DNA from: Candidatus Fermentibacteraceae bacterium | GTDB taxonomy: Bacteria > Fermentibacterota > Fermentibacteria > Fermentibacterales > JCC-6 | Length of the DNA stretch: 59,013 nt | Direction of reading: 5' to 3' | Assembly (NCBI GenBank): GCA_046485185.1 | Contig: JAWOHL010000045.1 | Span: 1 to 59,013 of the forward strand | Part shown: positions 45,413-55,932 of the stretch, one piece after another | Numbering within the stretch: the first letter of the stretch is position 1 | Layout of the letters: the number at the start of each line of letters is the position of its first letter | Made by a program: the position numbers and the translations under genes | Notes under the pieces: model-generated | The model's input: the letters and a program-made list of their open reading frames with translations, nothing else | Database searches by the model: none | Told to the model about the DNA's origin: nothing

Positions 45413-46995
45413 TGACTCACTGTGACGTTCTTGTGGTGGGCGGCGGAATGGGTGGACTGATGTGCGCTCTCACGCTTCCAAAAGAGCTTTCAGTGACGGT
45501 TCTCAGCAAAGTGCCCCTCCCCACGGGCAGCACTTATCTGGCACAGGGCGGAATTGCCGCTGTGACTTCCAGTGGCGACAGCCCCGAAATGCACCTGCGG
45601 GACACATTGCTGGCCGGGGCGGGGCTGGTGCACGAAGAAACCGCCATGGGCATCATCAGGATGGGCGGAAGCCTCATCGAGACACTGGGAACACTGGGAA
45701 TTCCGCTCGAGGGCGCAGGTGACGGTGTGGCAGGCATCGAGGGGGGGCACTCCTACAGAAGGGTGCTTCACTACTACGACCGGACCGGGCGCTTCATAAG
45801 CAGAAGACTGGCGCAGATATGCCGGGCGAGAAGCAACATCACGATAATCGAGAACGCTTTTGCCATCAACATCATCACAGCCTCCCGTGAAGCCCCCGAT
45901 ACCGCGTCCGGAGCGGGAGACAGCTGCCTGGGCGTCTACGTGCTTCACGAAGGCAGGGTCAGGACAATGCTCGCCCGGGAGACCGTAATAGCGACCGGAG
46001 GCGCCGGAAAGGCCTACAGGTACACGTCCAACGACGATTCCGCCACGGGTGACGGCATAGCCATGGCGTACAGGGCAGGCCTTCCGGTGAGGAACATGGA
46101 GTTCTACCAGTTCCACCCGACATGCCTTTTTCACCCCGATTTCAGGAACTTTCTGATCACCGAGGCCCTCAGGGGAGAGGGAGCGTACCTGGTTGACCAC
46201 CAGGGCACCCGTTTCATGCGGGACTACGATGCCGAAAGGATGGAGCTTGCCCCGAGGGATGTGGTGGCACGTGCCATCGACAGCCACATGAAGCAGCAGG
46301 GGACCGATCATGTGTTCCTTGACGCGACCAGGCTGGGTGAGGCTTACCTCAGAAACCACTTCCCCGAAGTCACATGGGGAGTCATGAAGGCGGGCATAAT
46401 CCCCTGGGAAAAACCGATACCCGTTGTTCCCGCGGCCCATTACTGCGTGGGAGGGGTAGTTGCGTGGATCGACGGCTCAACGGAGATGAAGGGACTGCGG
46501 GTGGTGGGCGAGGCCGCCTCGACAGGTCTTCACGGAGCCAACAGGCTGGGAAGCAACAGCCTGCTTGAAGCAGGCGTCATGGGCATGGAGGCCGCGCGAC
46601 GCATCGGGGGAGACATAAGCGGAGACGCAGTGAAAAAGGTCAGGGACTGGTACTACGGAAGGGCCAAACCCCTTGAGGAAAGCGTGCTCGTGGACCACTC
46701 CTGGGCAAGCCTGAGAAGCGTGATGTGGGACTACGTAGGCATAGTGAGGACGGACAAGCGTCTGAGGAGAGCGCTCAGACTGCTCGAAGTCCTCTCCGAA
46801 GAAACCGAGGAGGACTACTGGAACCTGCTTCCCTCAAGGGAACTCCTTGAGCTGCGAAATCTGTGCACCGTCAGCACCCTGATGGTCAGATCAGCCCTTC
46901 GGAGAAGGGAGAGCAGGGGCCTGCATTTCCTTCAGGACTGCCCCGAAACATCCTCCACGCCCCGTGACACGGTCCTTCGAAAGGGGCTTTCTTGA
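45412..46995 (+). CDS. nadB: L-aspartate oxidase
   Basis: AQGGIAA, EGGHS.RR, MEFYQFHPT, LITEALRGEG, ELAPRD, PAAHY, GLHGANRL.SNSL, ESRG.H. Confidence 0.93.
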   Translation: MTHCDVLVVGGGMGGLMCALTLPKELSVTVLSKVPLPTGSTYLAQGGIAAVTSSGDSPEMHLRDTLLAGAGLVHEETAMGIIRMGGSLIETLGTLGIPLEGAGDGVAGIEGGHSYRRVLHYYDRTGRFISRRLAQICRARSNITIIENAFAINIITASREAPDTASGAGDSCLGVYVLHEGRVRTMLARETVIATGGAGKAYRYTSNDDSATGDGIAMAYRAGLPVRNMEFYQFHPTCLFHPDFRNFLITEALRGEGAYLVDHQGTRFMRDYDAERMELAPRDVVARAIDSHMKQQGTDHVFLDATRLGEAYLRNHFPEVTWGVMKAGIIPWEKPIPVVPAAHYCVGGVVAWIDGSTEMKGLRVVGEAASTGLHGANRLGSNSLLEAGVMGMEAARRIGGDISGDAVKKVRDWYYGRAKPLEESVLVDHSWASLRSVMWDYVGIVRTDKRLRRALRLLEVLSEETEEDYWNLLPSRELLELRNLCTVSTLMVRSALRRRESRGLHFLQDCPETSSTPRDTVLRKGLS

Positions 46996-47573
46996 GAACC
47001 CGCACGGCTCTTTTGACCGGTCTTCTACTTCTGGCCCAGGGCTGCGGAAGCCTTCCTGTTTACAGGGGCCAGGGCATAACATGCAGGGGACCATCGGGCA
47101 TCCCCGTCGAGGTCGCCCGGGGATCCGGAACCACCGGTGAAGGGGGCACCCGGACACAGGGTGGGAGCGAGGCCGGCGTAAGCCGGGTCGAGGTGCCGGC
47201 GTCCGGCGCGGCCCAGGTCATCCTTGACGAGGTCGGGCGCTGGTACGGAACCCCATACGTCTATGGCGGCTCCACGAAGAACGGCACGGACTGTTCGGGG
47301 TTCACCCAGTCCGTCTACCGCACAGTTGGGATCGAGATACCCAGAAGGGCATCGAGACAGGCCGCGGCCGCGAGGAACGTTTCCAGGGGAAGCCTCAGAC
47401 CGGGGGACCTGGTGTTCTTCAACACCTCGGGATCGGGCATTTCCCATGTTGGCATATACCTGGGAGACGGCCACTTCGCCCATGCGGCCACATCGAGGGG
47501 AGTGGTGCGGGAATCACTGTCGCACCCCTACTACACCACCCGGTTCGTTCATGGCGGCCGGTTCCTGGACTGA
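46992..47573 (+). CDS. NlpC/P60 (C40) peptidoglycan endopeptidase lipoprotein
   Basis: Lipobox AQGC; GTPYVYGG, DCSGF, GDLVFF, HVGIY, FAHA. Confidence 0.93.
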   Translation: MRTRTALLTGLLLLAQGCGSLPVYRGQGITCRGPSGIPVEVARGSGTTGEGGTRTQGGSEAGVSRVEVPASGAAQVILDEVGRWYGTPYVYGGSTKNGTDCSGFTQSVYRTVGIEIPRRASRQAAAARNVSRGSLRPGDLVFFNTSGSGISHVGIYLGDGHFAHAATSRGVVRESLSHPYYTTRFVHGGRFLD

Positions 47574-47579
47574 GGAAGA

Positions 47580-48107
47580 ATGAGCCTTTTTCAGCTGCTG
47601 CTTCTTTCCCTCGCCCTTTCCGCCGACGCATTCGCCGTAAGCGTCTGCAGGGCGAAGGGGCGAAGGTCCGCCTTTGTCCTGGCGTCCGCCTTCGGCTTTT
47701 TTCAGGCCGTAATGCCGGTGATGGGGTGGCACGCCGGATCCGCACTCAGAACCGTCCTGAGCCGTGTCGCGCCCCTTGCGGCCTTTCTGATACTCTTCCT
47801 CGTCGGGGGCAGGATGCTCTGGAACGCCGTGCGGGACCGGAAGAACAAAACCTGCGAGACCACAGACAAGGCCCTTGTCCTGTCCCTTGCCTTCGCCACC
47901 AGCCTCGACGCCTTCGCGGCGGGGATATCCATCTCCCTCATCGGCTCCGGCATCTGGCTGCCGGCAGCCGTCATAGGCTCAGTGACGTTCGCGGTGTGCC
48001 TGGTGGGGGCCGGAATAGGCTCAATGGCCGGTGCGAGACTGGGGTGGCACCTCGAGGCAGTGGCGGGACTGGTTATCATGGCACTGGGTGTGAAAGCTCT
48101 GGTCTAG
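47580..48107 (+). CDS. mntP: Manganese efflux pump MntP
   Basis: ALSADAFAVS, FGFFQAVMP, ATSLDAFAAG. Confidence 0.9.
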   Translation: MSLFQLLLLSLALSADAFAVSVCRAKGRRSAFVLASAFGFFQAVMPVMGWHAGSALRTVLSRVAPLAAFLILFLVGGRMLWNAVRDRKNKTCETTDKALVLSLAFATSLDAFAAGISISLIGSGIWLPAAVIGSVTFAVCLVGAGIGSMAGARLGWHLEAVAGLVIMALGVKALV

Positions 48108-48108
48108 G

Positions 48109-49182
48109 GTGAGGACGAGGTTTGCCGCCCTCTTCACTTTCATTGTTCTGGCCGGGTGCGGGGAGAACCCACTTCCACAGCAGCAGGAAAACAGACGGGA
48201 GTTCCTTCCCCAGTCGCCCCCGGACATAATCTGGGTGTTCAGCACCGGCGGAATGGTGGGTGCGTCACCGGTGATCGCTTTCGGATCGGTGTATTTCGGG
48301 AGTTGGGACGAACAAATCTACTGTGTCGACGCGCTTACCGGCGGCCTTCGCTGGAGCCGCCACATCGAGGGCGGAACCTCGACTTCCCCTGTTTTCACCC
48401 CCACAACGCTGATATGCACCTCACTGAGCGGAGTTCTGCTGGGACTCAACCCTGAAACCGGCGAAGAACTCTGGCGTGTTCCCCTGTCCGACGGAGCGCC
48501 CGGCTTCCCCTCGGTTGCGGGCGGGGTCGTCTACATCGGCGGTGAGAGCGGTCTTCTCGCAATCGACCTCTCAACCGGAACCCGTCTCTGGAGCTTCTTT
48601 ACAGGTGCTGCAGTCACCGCGGCCCCGGCTTTGCGCGACGGTACCGTTTACGCTGCCTGTCACGACGGCGCGGTCAGGGCTCACGACGCCTCGAGCGGCA
48701 AGGTTGAATGGCTGTTCCGCAGCGGTGCGCCGGTGCTTTCGGGAGTGGTGGTGGACGATGGGTCGGTCTTCTTCGGCTCCTGCGACTCCTGCGTCTACAG
48801 TCTCGACGCCCAAACGGGAGAACTGAACTGGAGGTTCGAGACCATGGGGCAGGTCACAGCATCCCCGGTCCTGTCGGAAGACCTTCTCCTGGTGGGCAGC
48901 GTTGACAACAGGCTCTACGCAATCGAGCGTGAGAGCGGCGCTGAGCGATGGCGCTACGCAGCCGACGGCTGGATATGGTCGGCACCCGTGGTCGCAGGGG
49001 AAACTGCGGTCTTCGGCAGTTATGACGGCTGTCTTTACGCCGTGAACACCGGGACGGGCAGGGAGGTCTGGAGCCTTCAAACGGAAGCGATCATTCACTC
49101 ATCCCCGGTGGCCGCAGCGGGAATGCTTTATTTCGGAAGCCTCGACGGCGGGCTCTACGCCCTCAAAATGCCTACTCCCTGA
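48109..49182 (+). CDS. PQQ-like beta-propeller repeat lipoprotein (BamB-like)
   Basis: Lipobox LAGC; repeated ~40-aa SP...G.V..GS.D..LYA.D..TG...W units. Confidence 0.88.
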   Translation: MRTRFAALFTFIVLAGCGENPLPQQQENRREFLPQSPPDIIWVFSTGGMVGASPVIAFGSVYFGSWDEQIYCVDALTGGLRWSRHIEGGTSTSPVFTPTTLICTSLSGVLLGLNPETGEELWRVPLSDGAPGFPSVAGGVVYIGGESGLLAIDLSTGTRLWSFFTGAAVTAAPALRDGTVYAACHDGAVRAHDASSGKVEWLFRSGAPVLSGVVVDDGSVFFGSCDSCVYSLDAQTGELNWRFETMGQVTASPVLSEDLLLVGSVDNRLYAIERESGAERWRYAADGWIWSAPVVAGETAVFGSYDGCLYAVNTGTGREVWSLQTEAIIHSSPVAAAGMLYFGSLDGGLYALKMPTP

Positions 49183-49906
49183 GAAGCATCTCCATGGCCA
49201 ACAGCCTGATGTGGGATGGGGCATCCGGGTCTTCAAGTATCTTCCGCCACGCCTGCGACGCCAGGTAGATGTCACCCGTTACGGTGTACATCACACCGGC
49301 GGCTGCCAGGGTTTCCGGGGGAGGATCGGGTTCGGCCATGGCCTCTGAGATCCTTACCATGGCGGATTCCGTGAGTCCGTCCTCCCAGTCCAGCATCGCC
49401 ATGAGAAGGGCCGGGGTATACTTGTGGGCCACGGGAGCCAGAATGCCCGCGGCGCTCTGCCGGTCACCGGATTCGAAGTACATGATGGCCATGTCGGTCC
49501 GGGGTACGGACCAATCCGGGTCTTGAGCCACTGCCGCCTCGAGAAGTGCCATCACGCCATGGTCCCCCTGTCGCCGCATGACCGAGGCATCCCTGACCAG
49601 CCTGGCGGAGATGAGCCTTCTCTCGAGGGCAGCCTCCATATCGGCGGAAAGGGGAAGACCAACCCTGGTTCCGGGCGCCGGAAGGCTGTCGGGAGTGTAA
49701 CCGGCGGCCATGGCCAGTACGCCCGAGGCGGAAGGGTCGGATAAAAGGGCCCACGCCAGGAACTCCCAGTAATCTCCGGAAGCCCATGTCATCATGCATC
49801 TCTCGCCGGCATGCACGGTGTTGAACGAGAAAGGTCCCGTCACAGTGGTCCGGGTCACGCATCCCGTGAACAGAACAAGTACGGAAACGGCAACAGCGCT
49901 TCTCAT
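49172..49906 (-). CDS. Lipoprotein with degenerate LysM-like domain and TPR-like repeats
   Basis: Lipobox FTGC; SGDYWEFLA..L.D...LA..G..P.PGT...LP resembles LysM; helical C-terminus. Confidence 0.6.
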   Translation of the reverse strand: MRSAVAVSVLVLFTGCVTRTTVTGPFSFNTVHAGERCMMTWASGDYWEFLAWALLSDPSASGVLAMAAGYTPDSLPAPGTRVGLPLSADMEAALERRLISARLVRDASVMRRQGDHGVMALLEAAVAQDPDWSVPRTDMAIMYFESGDRQSAAGILAPVAHKYTPALLMAMLDWEDGLTESAMVRISEAMAEPDPPPETLAAAGVMYTVTGDIYLASQAWRKILEDPDAPSHIRLLAMEMLLRE

Positions 49907-50862
49907 CGGTCCTGGCGCCCCCATATCAGTTCCTCGGCCTCGTCGGCCAGTTCCAGCACATCACCGGGGGAAGCCACCCTAACAACCCTGTCCCGCAGGC
50001 AGGCTGCGCCGGGAAAGCCCTTCATGTAGTGGACAAGGTGCCCCCGCATGGCATTGAATATGCAGGGTTGCGGGCATTCGGCCAGCATGAGTTCCAGCTG
50101 TCTGGCTATGACCTGCCTCAGCTCGCCCGGGCCGGGTTCGGAAGGGCCGCCCGAGAGTGCCCTGAATATCCAGGGGTTGCCCAGGGCGCCCCTGCCCACC
50201 ATCAGCCCGGTGACCCCTGCGAGCGATAAAAGCCTATCCCCGTCCGCTGCGCTTTTCACGTCTCCGTTGGCCACCACGGGAACCGGTGAGTTGCGGGAGA
50301 GCCTCGCGATGCCTTCGGGGTTGACCGTACCCCCGAACATGTCGGACCTGTAACGACCGTGAATGGTCACCGCCGCCGCTCCCGCAGCGCTGAGCATCCC
50401 GCATGTCCCCTCGGGAAGAGGCTCGTCCGGGGAGAAACCCAGCCTGATCTTGACCGTTACCGGAAGGTGGGTTGAGGCAACCGTCGCCCTTACTATCTCG
50501 AGCAGCCTGGGCAGGTCCCGCAGCAGGGCTGCGCCGGAGCCGCTCGAAAGAACTTTCCTGACGGGGCATCCCGCGTTGATGTCGATGAACGAGAAACCAA
50601 GACCGCTCACGAGCTCGGCGCTCCTTGAGAAATCTGCGGGCCTTGCCCCGAAAAGCTGAACACCAAGAGGCTTCTCCTCCGGAAGGTATCTGAGGTAACG
50701 GATGGACTTCACCGACCTGCGGGAGACACCGGCTGCGGTCACCATCTCCGTCACCAGGCCCGTAGCGCCCAGCGCCCGGCAGACAACGCGGAAAGGGCTT
50801 CCGGTGTACCCGGCCATGGGCGCGAGGGCCAGGCCGTGCGTGTAACAGGTGATATCGCTCAA
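49903..50862 (-). CDS. dusB: tRNA-dihydrouridine synthase
   Basis: LAPMAG, TEMV, QLFG, DINAGCP, GSGAAL, TVKIRLG, IHGR, NGD, GRG..GNPW; TTG start overlapping the lipA stop. Confidence 0.92.
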   Translation of the reverse strand: MSDITCYTHGLALAPMAGYTGSPFRVVCRALGATGLVTEMVTAAGVSRRSVKSIRYLRYLPEEKPLGVQLFGARPADFSRSAELVSGLGFSFIDINAGCPVRKVLSSGSGAALLRDLPRLLEIVRATVASTHLPVTVKIRLGFSPDEPLPEGTCGMLSAAGAAAVTIHGRYRSDMFGGTVNPEGIARLSRNSPVPVVANGDVKSAADGDRLLSLAGVTGLMVGRGALGNPWIFRALSGGPSEPGPGELRQVIARQLELMLAECPQPCIFNAMRGHLVHYMKGFPGAACLRDRVVRVASPGDVLELADEAEELIWGRQDR

Positions 50863-51707
50863 AGAAGCTCCGAAGCGTATGAGTCGGCGTGAAAGCTGCT
50901 TCTCACCAGAGGCCCTGAGGCCACCGTCAGAAAACCCATTCCAAGGGCTTCCGTGCGCCACTGTTCGAACTCGGCCGGGGTGATGAAACGGTGGACGCGT
51001 GCGTGCTCCTTCGAGGGTTGAAGGTACTGCCCCAGAGTGAGCATGCTGACGCCCGTTTCCCTCAGGTCCGAAAGGGCGCGGCGGATATCGGGGGCGGTTT
51101 CTCCAAGCCCAAGCATGAGGCCGCTTTTAACCGGAATGCCCGTGTTCATGGCTGAGAAGTCCAACAGGACCTTCAGGGACCGGCTGTAGTCGCCCCCGGG
51201 TCTCAGCGCGGGAAAGAGGGTCTCCACTGTTTCGAGGTTGTGGTTGAAGATGTGGGGGGAGGCCGCGGCCACGGTTTCGAGGGATTCGGTCCTGCCCATG
51301 AAGTCGGGGGTGAGAACTTCCACCATTATGCCGGGAACCCCCTCCCGCAGAGCGCCGACCACACGGGCAAAACACTCAGCTCCGCCGTCAGGCAGGTCGT
51401 CGCGGGTGACGGACGTCACCACGACGAACCGCAGACCCATGGCAGAAGCCGCTTCCGCGAGCCTATGGGGTTCACCGGGATCGGGGGGAAGGGGTTTGCC
51501 GTGGTCGACGGCGCAGTAGCGGCAGTTCCTGGTACAGACAGTGCCCATGATCAGAAAAGCGGCGGTGTTCCGCTGGTAGCAGTGCCCCCTGTTGGGGCAG
51601 CACGCCTCGCTGCAGACGGTGTTCAACCCCAGGCGTTCCAGTACACGGCGTGTTTTCCCCGCCGAAAAACCGCCGGTCACGGGGGCCTTGAGCCACGAAG
51701 GCCTCAC
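50859..51707 (-). CDS. lipA: Lipoyl synthase
   Basis: CSEACCPNRGHC (CX4CX5C), CTRNCRYC (radical SAM), TSVTRDDL, NHNLETV, GQYLQP, VRSS. Confidence 0.97.
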   Translation of the reverse strand: MRPSWLKAPVTGGFSAGKTRRVLERLGLNTVCSEACCPNRGHCYQRNTAAFLIMGTVCTRNCRYCAVDHGKPLPPDPGEPHRLAEAASAMGLRFVVVTSVTRDDLPDGGAECFARVVGALREGVPGIMVEVLTPDFMGRTESLETVAAASPHIFNHNLETVETLFPALRPGGDYSRSLKVLLDFSAMNTGIPVKSGLMLGLGETAPDIRRALSDLRETGVSMLTLGQYLQPSKEHARVHRFITPAEFEQWRTEALGMGFLTVASGPLVRSSFHADSYASELL

Positions 51708-52498
51708 AGCTCGTACTCCCGTGTCATTTCCGAAAGCTCCCGTGCGGGTATGACACCGAAATCCGCCGGAACGGCCCGAACTCCCCAATAGCCCATGAAA
51801 GCCTCCTGAAGGGGACGCACAAGGTCACCGGGAGAAGCGCCCGGGCAGTATTCACGCACAGTTCCCGTTCCCTCGAAAAGCTTTTTCCGAAGGGCTTCCA
51901 GGGAGTCTTCAGAGCCTTCAGGGGTGATGGTGTAGTCAAGCAGCCTGGGCTGGTCGTTGTCGAAGAGGATCGAGCCATGCTCGAGAAAAGCGCCCCTTGT
52001 CCGGGCCTGTGCGCTTCCCACGAGCTTCCTGCCGTCATGCGTCATCACCTCGAACCTGCCGTGACTGACGAAGCATGGTCCCCTGCCGAAACCTTCGCCG
52101 GAACGGCCCGCCCTGTTCATTACCGCCGGAACTCCGATCGCGTTCAGCGCCGTCACGAGAACTGCTGCCACTGCACCCAGGCTCTTCTCTATGCCGTCGG
52201 CGTAGAGCGGATGCCGGGAGCCGGCGGTCACGGAGTAGGTCAGTTCCCTGCCGTGCCAGACCGCCCGCCCGCCCGTGGGGCGCCTTACCAGCCCGAAGCC
52301 GTGGGCGTTGAGCTTCCGGCGGTCAATCCCGCTCACACCCTTCTGAAGGCGGCCCAGGGACACCGTGTGAGGCTCCCATGTGTACGTGCGAAGGGCGATG
52401 TCGAACTCGTCCCTTTCAGCCATGCGTACCAGGCAGGCGTCGACCGCCATGTTCTCGGGGCCGGGAAGCCCGGGATCATCGAGGATCAGTACCTTCAA
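51704..52498 (-). CDS. Lipoate-protein ligase family protein (LipM-like octanoyltransferase)
   Basis: NMAVD, LRTYTW, VRRPTGGRAVWH..ELTYS, KLVGSAQ, EHGSI; coupled to lipA. Confidence 0.88.
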   Translation of the reverse strand: MKVLILDDPGLPGPENMAVDACLVRMAERDEFDIALRTYTWEPHTVSLGRLQKGVSGIDRRKLNAHGFGLVRRPTGGRAVWHGRELTYSVTAGSRHPLYADGIEKSLGAVAAVLVTALNAIGVPAVMNRAGRSGEGFGRGPCFVSHGRFEVMTHDGRKLVGSAQARTRGAFLEHGSILFDNDQPRLLDYTITPEGSEDSLEALRKKLFEGTGTVREYCPGASPGDLVRPLQEAFMGYWGVRAVPADFGVIPARELSEMTREYEL

Positions 52499-52506
52499 GG
52501 CCTTCC

Positions 52507-52535
52507 TTTCCGCCGGGGTCGAAGTCTAATATAAT
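52507..52535 (+). promoter_or_regulatory. Putative promoter for the porV-surE operon
   Basis: TTTCCG - 17 nt - TATAAT (52530-52535) in a divergent intergenic region. Confidence 0.45.
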
Positions 52536-52577
52536 CCGGCCTGGAACCGCCATTCCAGAAAACGATACAGGTGATGT

Positions 52578-53501
52578 ATGAAACAGACACACGGTTTTAC
52601 GGTCATCAAACTCCTGCTCCTCATGGTGCTCTTCCTTACGGGCGCGTCTTCAGCCGAGGCAGTGTACCGTGACGCAGGCGCGGCTTCATGGCCATTTCTG
52701 AAAATGGACATCGGGGCAAGGGCCGCCGCTCTCGGTGGAACGGGGCTTCTCAATTCCGGCGCCCTCGCCATTTTCGCCAATCCGGCCCTTCTGGCCTTTC
52801 AGGAGGCTTCGGTCACCGCATCGCACAACTCATGGTACGGCAAGACCGATCAGCAGGTGCTTTCCGCCGTATTTCGCCGGGGTGACCGCCTGGGCGCTTC
52901 CCTGGCCTTTCGCGTTCTTAACACCAGCGGGCTCGAGTACCGCGAAACCCCCTCCTCTGAACCGCTCGGAACCTTCGACGTCACCGACCTCAGTCTCAAC
53001 GCCGCCGTGGGTTTGCGAATCGGCGGCAGCTTCGCTGTGGGAGCAGGGGTCAAGTTCATTCGGGAAAAGGTGTGGATCGAGGAGAGCTCCGGGTTCTGTT
53101 TCGATATCGGGCTTCTCTCCACACCTGCCAGGGGACTGGTCCTTTCCGCCGCCGTACAGAACATCGGGCCGGGCGCGGTCATGGCTTCACGCGAGTACAG
53201 GCTTCCCAGGACAATCAGGGCGGCAGCCGGTTACACCGTTCCATCACCGGTTGGTTCCCTGACGGTATCCACCGAGATACAGAAACCCATCGACAACAGC
53301 CCAAGGGGAGGAGCCGGCCTCGAGTACCAGCCGCTTTCATGGGTCGCCCTCAGGGGAGGATACCGGTTTAACGACCCATCGAGCACCATCACCACGGGGA
53401 TGGGATTCTCACAACGCGGCTGGGTGCTCGATTACGCTTATGTCCCGGGGACTCACTCCCTGGGGGACACTCACAGGTTCACCCTGACCCGCGCGCTCTG
53501 A
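52578..53501 (+). CDS. PorV/PorQ-family outer-membrane beta-barrel
   Basis: Signal peptide; FLKMDIGARAAALG, FANPA, QNIG, LRGGY, DYAY..LG.THR; alternating beta-strands. Confidence 0.82.
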   Translation: MKQTHGFTVIKLLLLMVLFLTGASSAEAVYRDAGAASWPFLKMDIGARAAALGGTGLLNSGALAIFANPALLAFQEASVTASHNSWYGKTDQQVLSAVFRRGDRLGASLAFRVLNTSGLEYRETPSSEPLGTFDVTDLSLNAAVGLRIGGSFAVGAGVKFIREKVWIEESSGFCFDIGLLSTPARGLVLSAAVQNIGPGAVMASREYRLPRTIRAAAGYTVPSPVGSLTVSTEIQKPIDNSPRGGAGLEYQPLSWVALRGGYRFNDPSSTITTGMGFSQRGWVLDYAYVPGTHSLGDTHRFTLTRAL

Positions 53502-53512
53502 GTTCCGCTTCA

Positions 53513-54241
53513 ATGCTTATCCTTCTTGTGAACGACGACGGCATCCACGAGCCGGGGCTTCTGGCACTTGAGAGGGCACTCTCCGGATACGAGACATTCA
53601 CCGTGGCCCCCATCGGGCACTGCTCGGGCGCCGGAATGTCGCTCGGGCTCTACGCGCCGCTGTCCGTCGTGCCATGTGGTCCCGGCCGGTACGCCGTCAC
53701 CGGAACGCCTGTAGACTGTGTCAAGATAGCTCTCGCCGAGCTGCTGCCCGAAAAGCCCGACCTTGTCATTTCGGGGATCAACCCCGGGGCGAACCTCGGC
53801 AACAACATCTGGTACTCCGGCACCGTGGCCGCGGCCACTGAAGCTTCGTTCTGGAACGTTCCCGCAATGGCGGTCAGTGTTGAGCACTCGGTTGAGCCGG
53901 ATTTCGGTCACGCGGCCGAACTGGTCGGGCGGATGGTCGAACGGGGCGTTCACAGGGCCTTGCCCCCGGGCATGATGCTCAATTTGAACCTCCCTCCCGG
54001 CGCCCCTTCGGGACTGAAGCTGACAAGACCAGGCAGTTTTCGAAGAGAGGTGCCCTTCCTCAAGCACCCCGACGGCTCCTTCTCCTACGGTCCCTACGAA
54101 CTCCAGGGAACAAGGGAGTCAGGGGGGACCGATGTCCACGCGATCCTTTCGGGTTACGGATCGATCTCCGTCCTCAGACCCGGAAGGGACGCCACACCCG
54201 CGCCGGAGGAACTGGAGGACTGGTGCCTGACGCTGTTCTGA
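53513..54241 (+). CDS. surE: 5'/3'-nucleotidase SurE
   Basis: LVNDDGI, GTPVDCV, SGINPGANLG, YSGTVAAA.E, LNLN.P. Confidence 0.96.
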   Translation: MLILLVNDDGIHEPGLLALERALSGYETFTVAPIGHCSGAGMSLGLYAPLSVVPCGPGRYAVTGTPVDCVKIALAELLPEKPDLVISGINPGANLGNNIWYSGTVAAATEASFWNVPAMAVSVEHSVEPDFGHAAELVGRMVERGVHRALPPGMMLNLNLPPGAPSGLKLTRPGSFRREVPFLKHPDGSFSYGPYELQGTRESGGTDVHAILSGYGSISVLRPGRDATPAPEELEDWCLTLF

Positions 54242-55932
54242 CCGCCCTCCTTCTGGGTCTCATTCCCGACCTTCCGGACGCAGTCTTCGTTCAGAACTCC
54301 GTCACTGTCCAGATCGATTCGGTGTACACTGAAACCACCGAACTGGTCGTTATCCCCCTCACCGGGCGGGGGGTTGCACGGTTCACCACACTCTCTGTTC
54401 CCTTCCGTACGGGCTGGGAAACGGTGGAACTGCTGGAAGCCAGAACCGGGTTGTGGAGGAGCGGCAGACGGGGCTCCGACGCCGTGGTCACGGAACGGCC
54501 CCATCATGCACTGGCGGGTCAGTCCCGTCTCGAGTCGTCCATGCGGGAACTTCTCCTGACAATGCCCGGCCTCGAAACCGGAGACACGGTCGTGGTCCGG
54601 ACCCGCCGGGTCATTCAAAGACTCCCCCTCGCGGACTGCTACAGCTACCACTTCAGCCCCTGGTGCCGGGACAGTGTCATCGCAGGGGAGTTCACAGTCA
54701 TCGACATGAGGAACTCCGGGCTTTTTGTTGAATGGTCTCCCGAATTCGGTCCTCCCGACACCTCGGGATGCACCCTGAGGTGGAGCGTCGGCCCCCTGAG
54801 CCCCCTTTACGACCACCCGCTCGCCTTCTGGAACAGGCCGTACGCGGTCGTGGCATCGCATGACGGGCAGTCGGTCTCACGCGAGCTTCATGCGGCACTG
54901 GATATCCCCTACAGCACAGACTCCGGGCTGCTTTCGGAGGTGGCGGCAGTGACCGGCCCGACTCCGGATGACATGCGTGACTGGATAGCCGGGAACATCG
55001 AGTACACAGGCGCCGACATAGGGGACTGGCCCGGCTTCACCCCAAAACCGCCCCGGGAAACCCTCGATGATGGGGCGGGTGTCTGCCGTGACACTGCGAT
55101 TCTCCTCGTCAACCTGATCCGTGCCACGGGCGGGGAGGCATGGCTCGCGATGCTGGACACAACGGGGGGCATACCCGGGCTGGTGGGAAGCAGGAGCTTC
55201 GATCACATGGTTGTCGCTGTCCCTCATGGGGAAGGTTTCAGAGTGCTCGACCCTTCGGCAAAGGGTGTGGCGGACGGACACAGCTACGGGCTTCGGGGAA
55301 CACGGTTCCTTCCCCTGACGCCCTGGGGAACACCCCTTCAATCGATCCCGGTCGACGGCTGGGAAGACAGCCTCAAACTCGTGTTGATGGGCACCCTTGG
55401 CGACGGCTTCGTCTCCGGAAGCCTCACAGTAACCGCCTCCGGAGCCCCGGCCGAACTGCTCGGCACCATTATGGAAAGATCGCACGACGCTTACAGGATC
55501 ACTCTGCTTTCAAGGTTCTTCGGCGCCGAGAGCATTTCGGCGGTCTCCAGCGCGGGGGACACCCTCTTCATCTCAGGGGAGTGGAGCGCACCCGGCGGGG
55601 AGGGGGCGGTGTTGCTTCCCGGCCTCAGGGACATCGCCTTTCCGGGCACAAGGGCCGCCCACCTTCTGATACCGGCATGCCCCGGCAGCATCGAGCTTGA
55701 CGCGCCTGCTCACGAGAGCCTCACCATGGTTCTGGCCCACAACGGCAGGGCAGTGATCCCTCCCGCTCCGGTGACCACCGATGGCTATTCATGCAGCATT
55801 TCCATCCACGGCGATTCCCTTTTCATGCGGGAAACCGCCCGTGTGCTGCCCCTTCGCCCCGAACCGGGGCGCATCCTCGAAACCCTCCTCTTACGCTCGG
55901 GCTCATCAGCGAGAACGGTTCTGACGCCATGA
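54223..55932 (+). CDS. DUF3857 plus transglutaminase-like domain protein (catalytic triad intact)
   Basis: MPGLETGD (DUF3857-like); GVCRD, FDHMVV, LDPS (Cys-His-Asp). Confidence 0.82.
   Translation: MPDAVLTALLLGLIPDLPDAVFVQNSVTVQIDSVYTETTELVVIPLTGRGVARFTTLSVPFRTGWETVELLEARTGLWRSGRRGSDAVVTERPHHALAGQSRLESSMRELLLTMPGLETGDTVVVRTRRVIQRLPLADCYSYHFSPWCRDSVIAGEFTVIDMRNSGLFVEWSPEFGPPDTSGCTLRWSVGPLSPLYDHPLAFWNRPYAVVASHDGQSVSRELHAALDIPYSTDSGLLSEVAAVTGPTPDDMRDWIAGNIEYTGADIGDWPGFTPKPPRETLDDGAGVCRDTAILLVNLIRATGGEAWLAMLDTTGGIPGLVGSRSFDHMVVAVPHGEGFRVLDPSAKGVADGHSYGLRGTRFLPLTPWGTPLQSIPVDGWEDSLKLVLMGTLGDGFVSGSLTVTASGAPAELLGTIMERSHDAYRITLLSRFFGAESISAVSSAGDTLFISGEWSAPGGEGAVLLPGLRDIAFPGTRAAHLLIPACPGSIELDAPAHESLTMVLAHNGRAVIPPAPVTTDGYSCSISIHGDSLFMRETARVLPLRPEPGRILETLLLRSGSSARTVLTP

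Noticed and set aside
48230-49170. Periodic sequence as a DNA repeat array or CRISPR
   Set aside because: Periodicity is protein-level beta-propeller repeats; no identical direct repeats with spacers seen anywhere in the window
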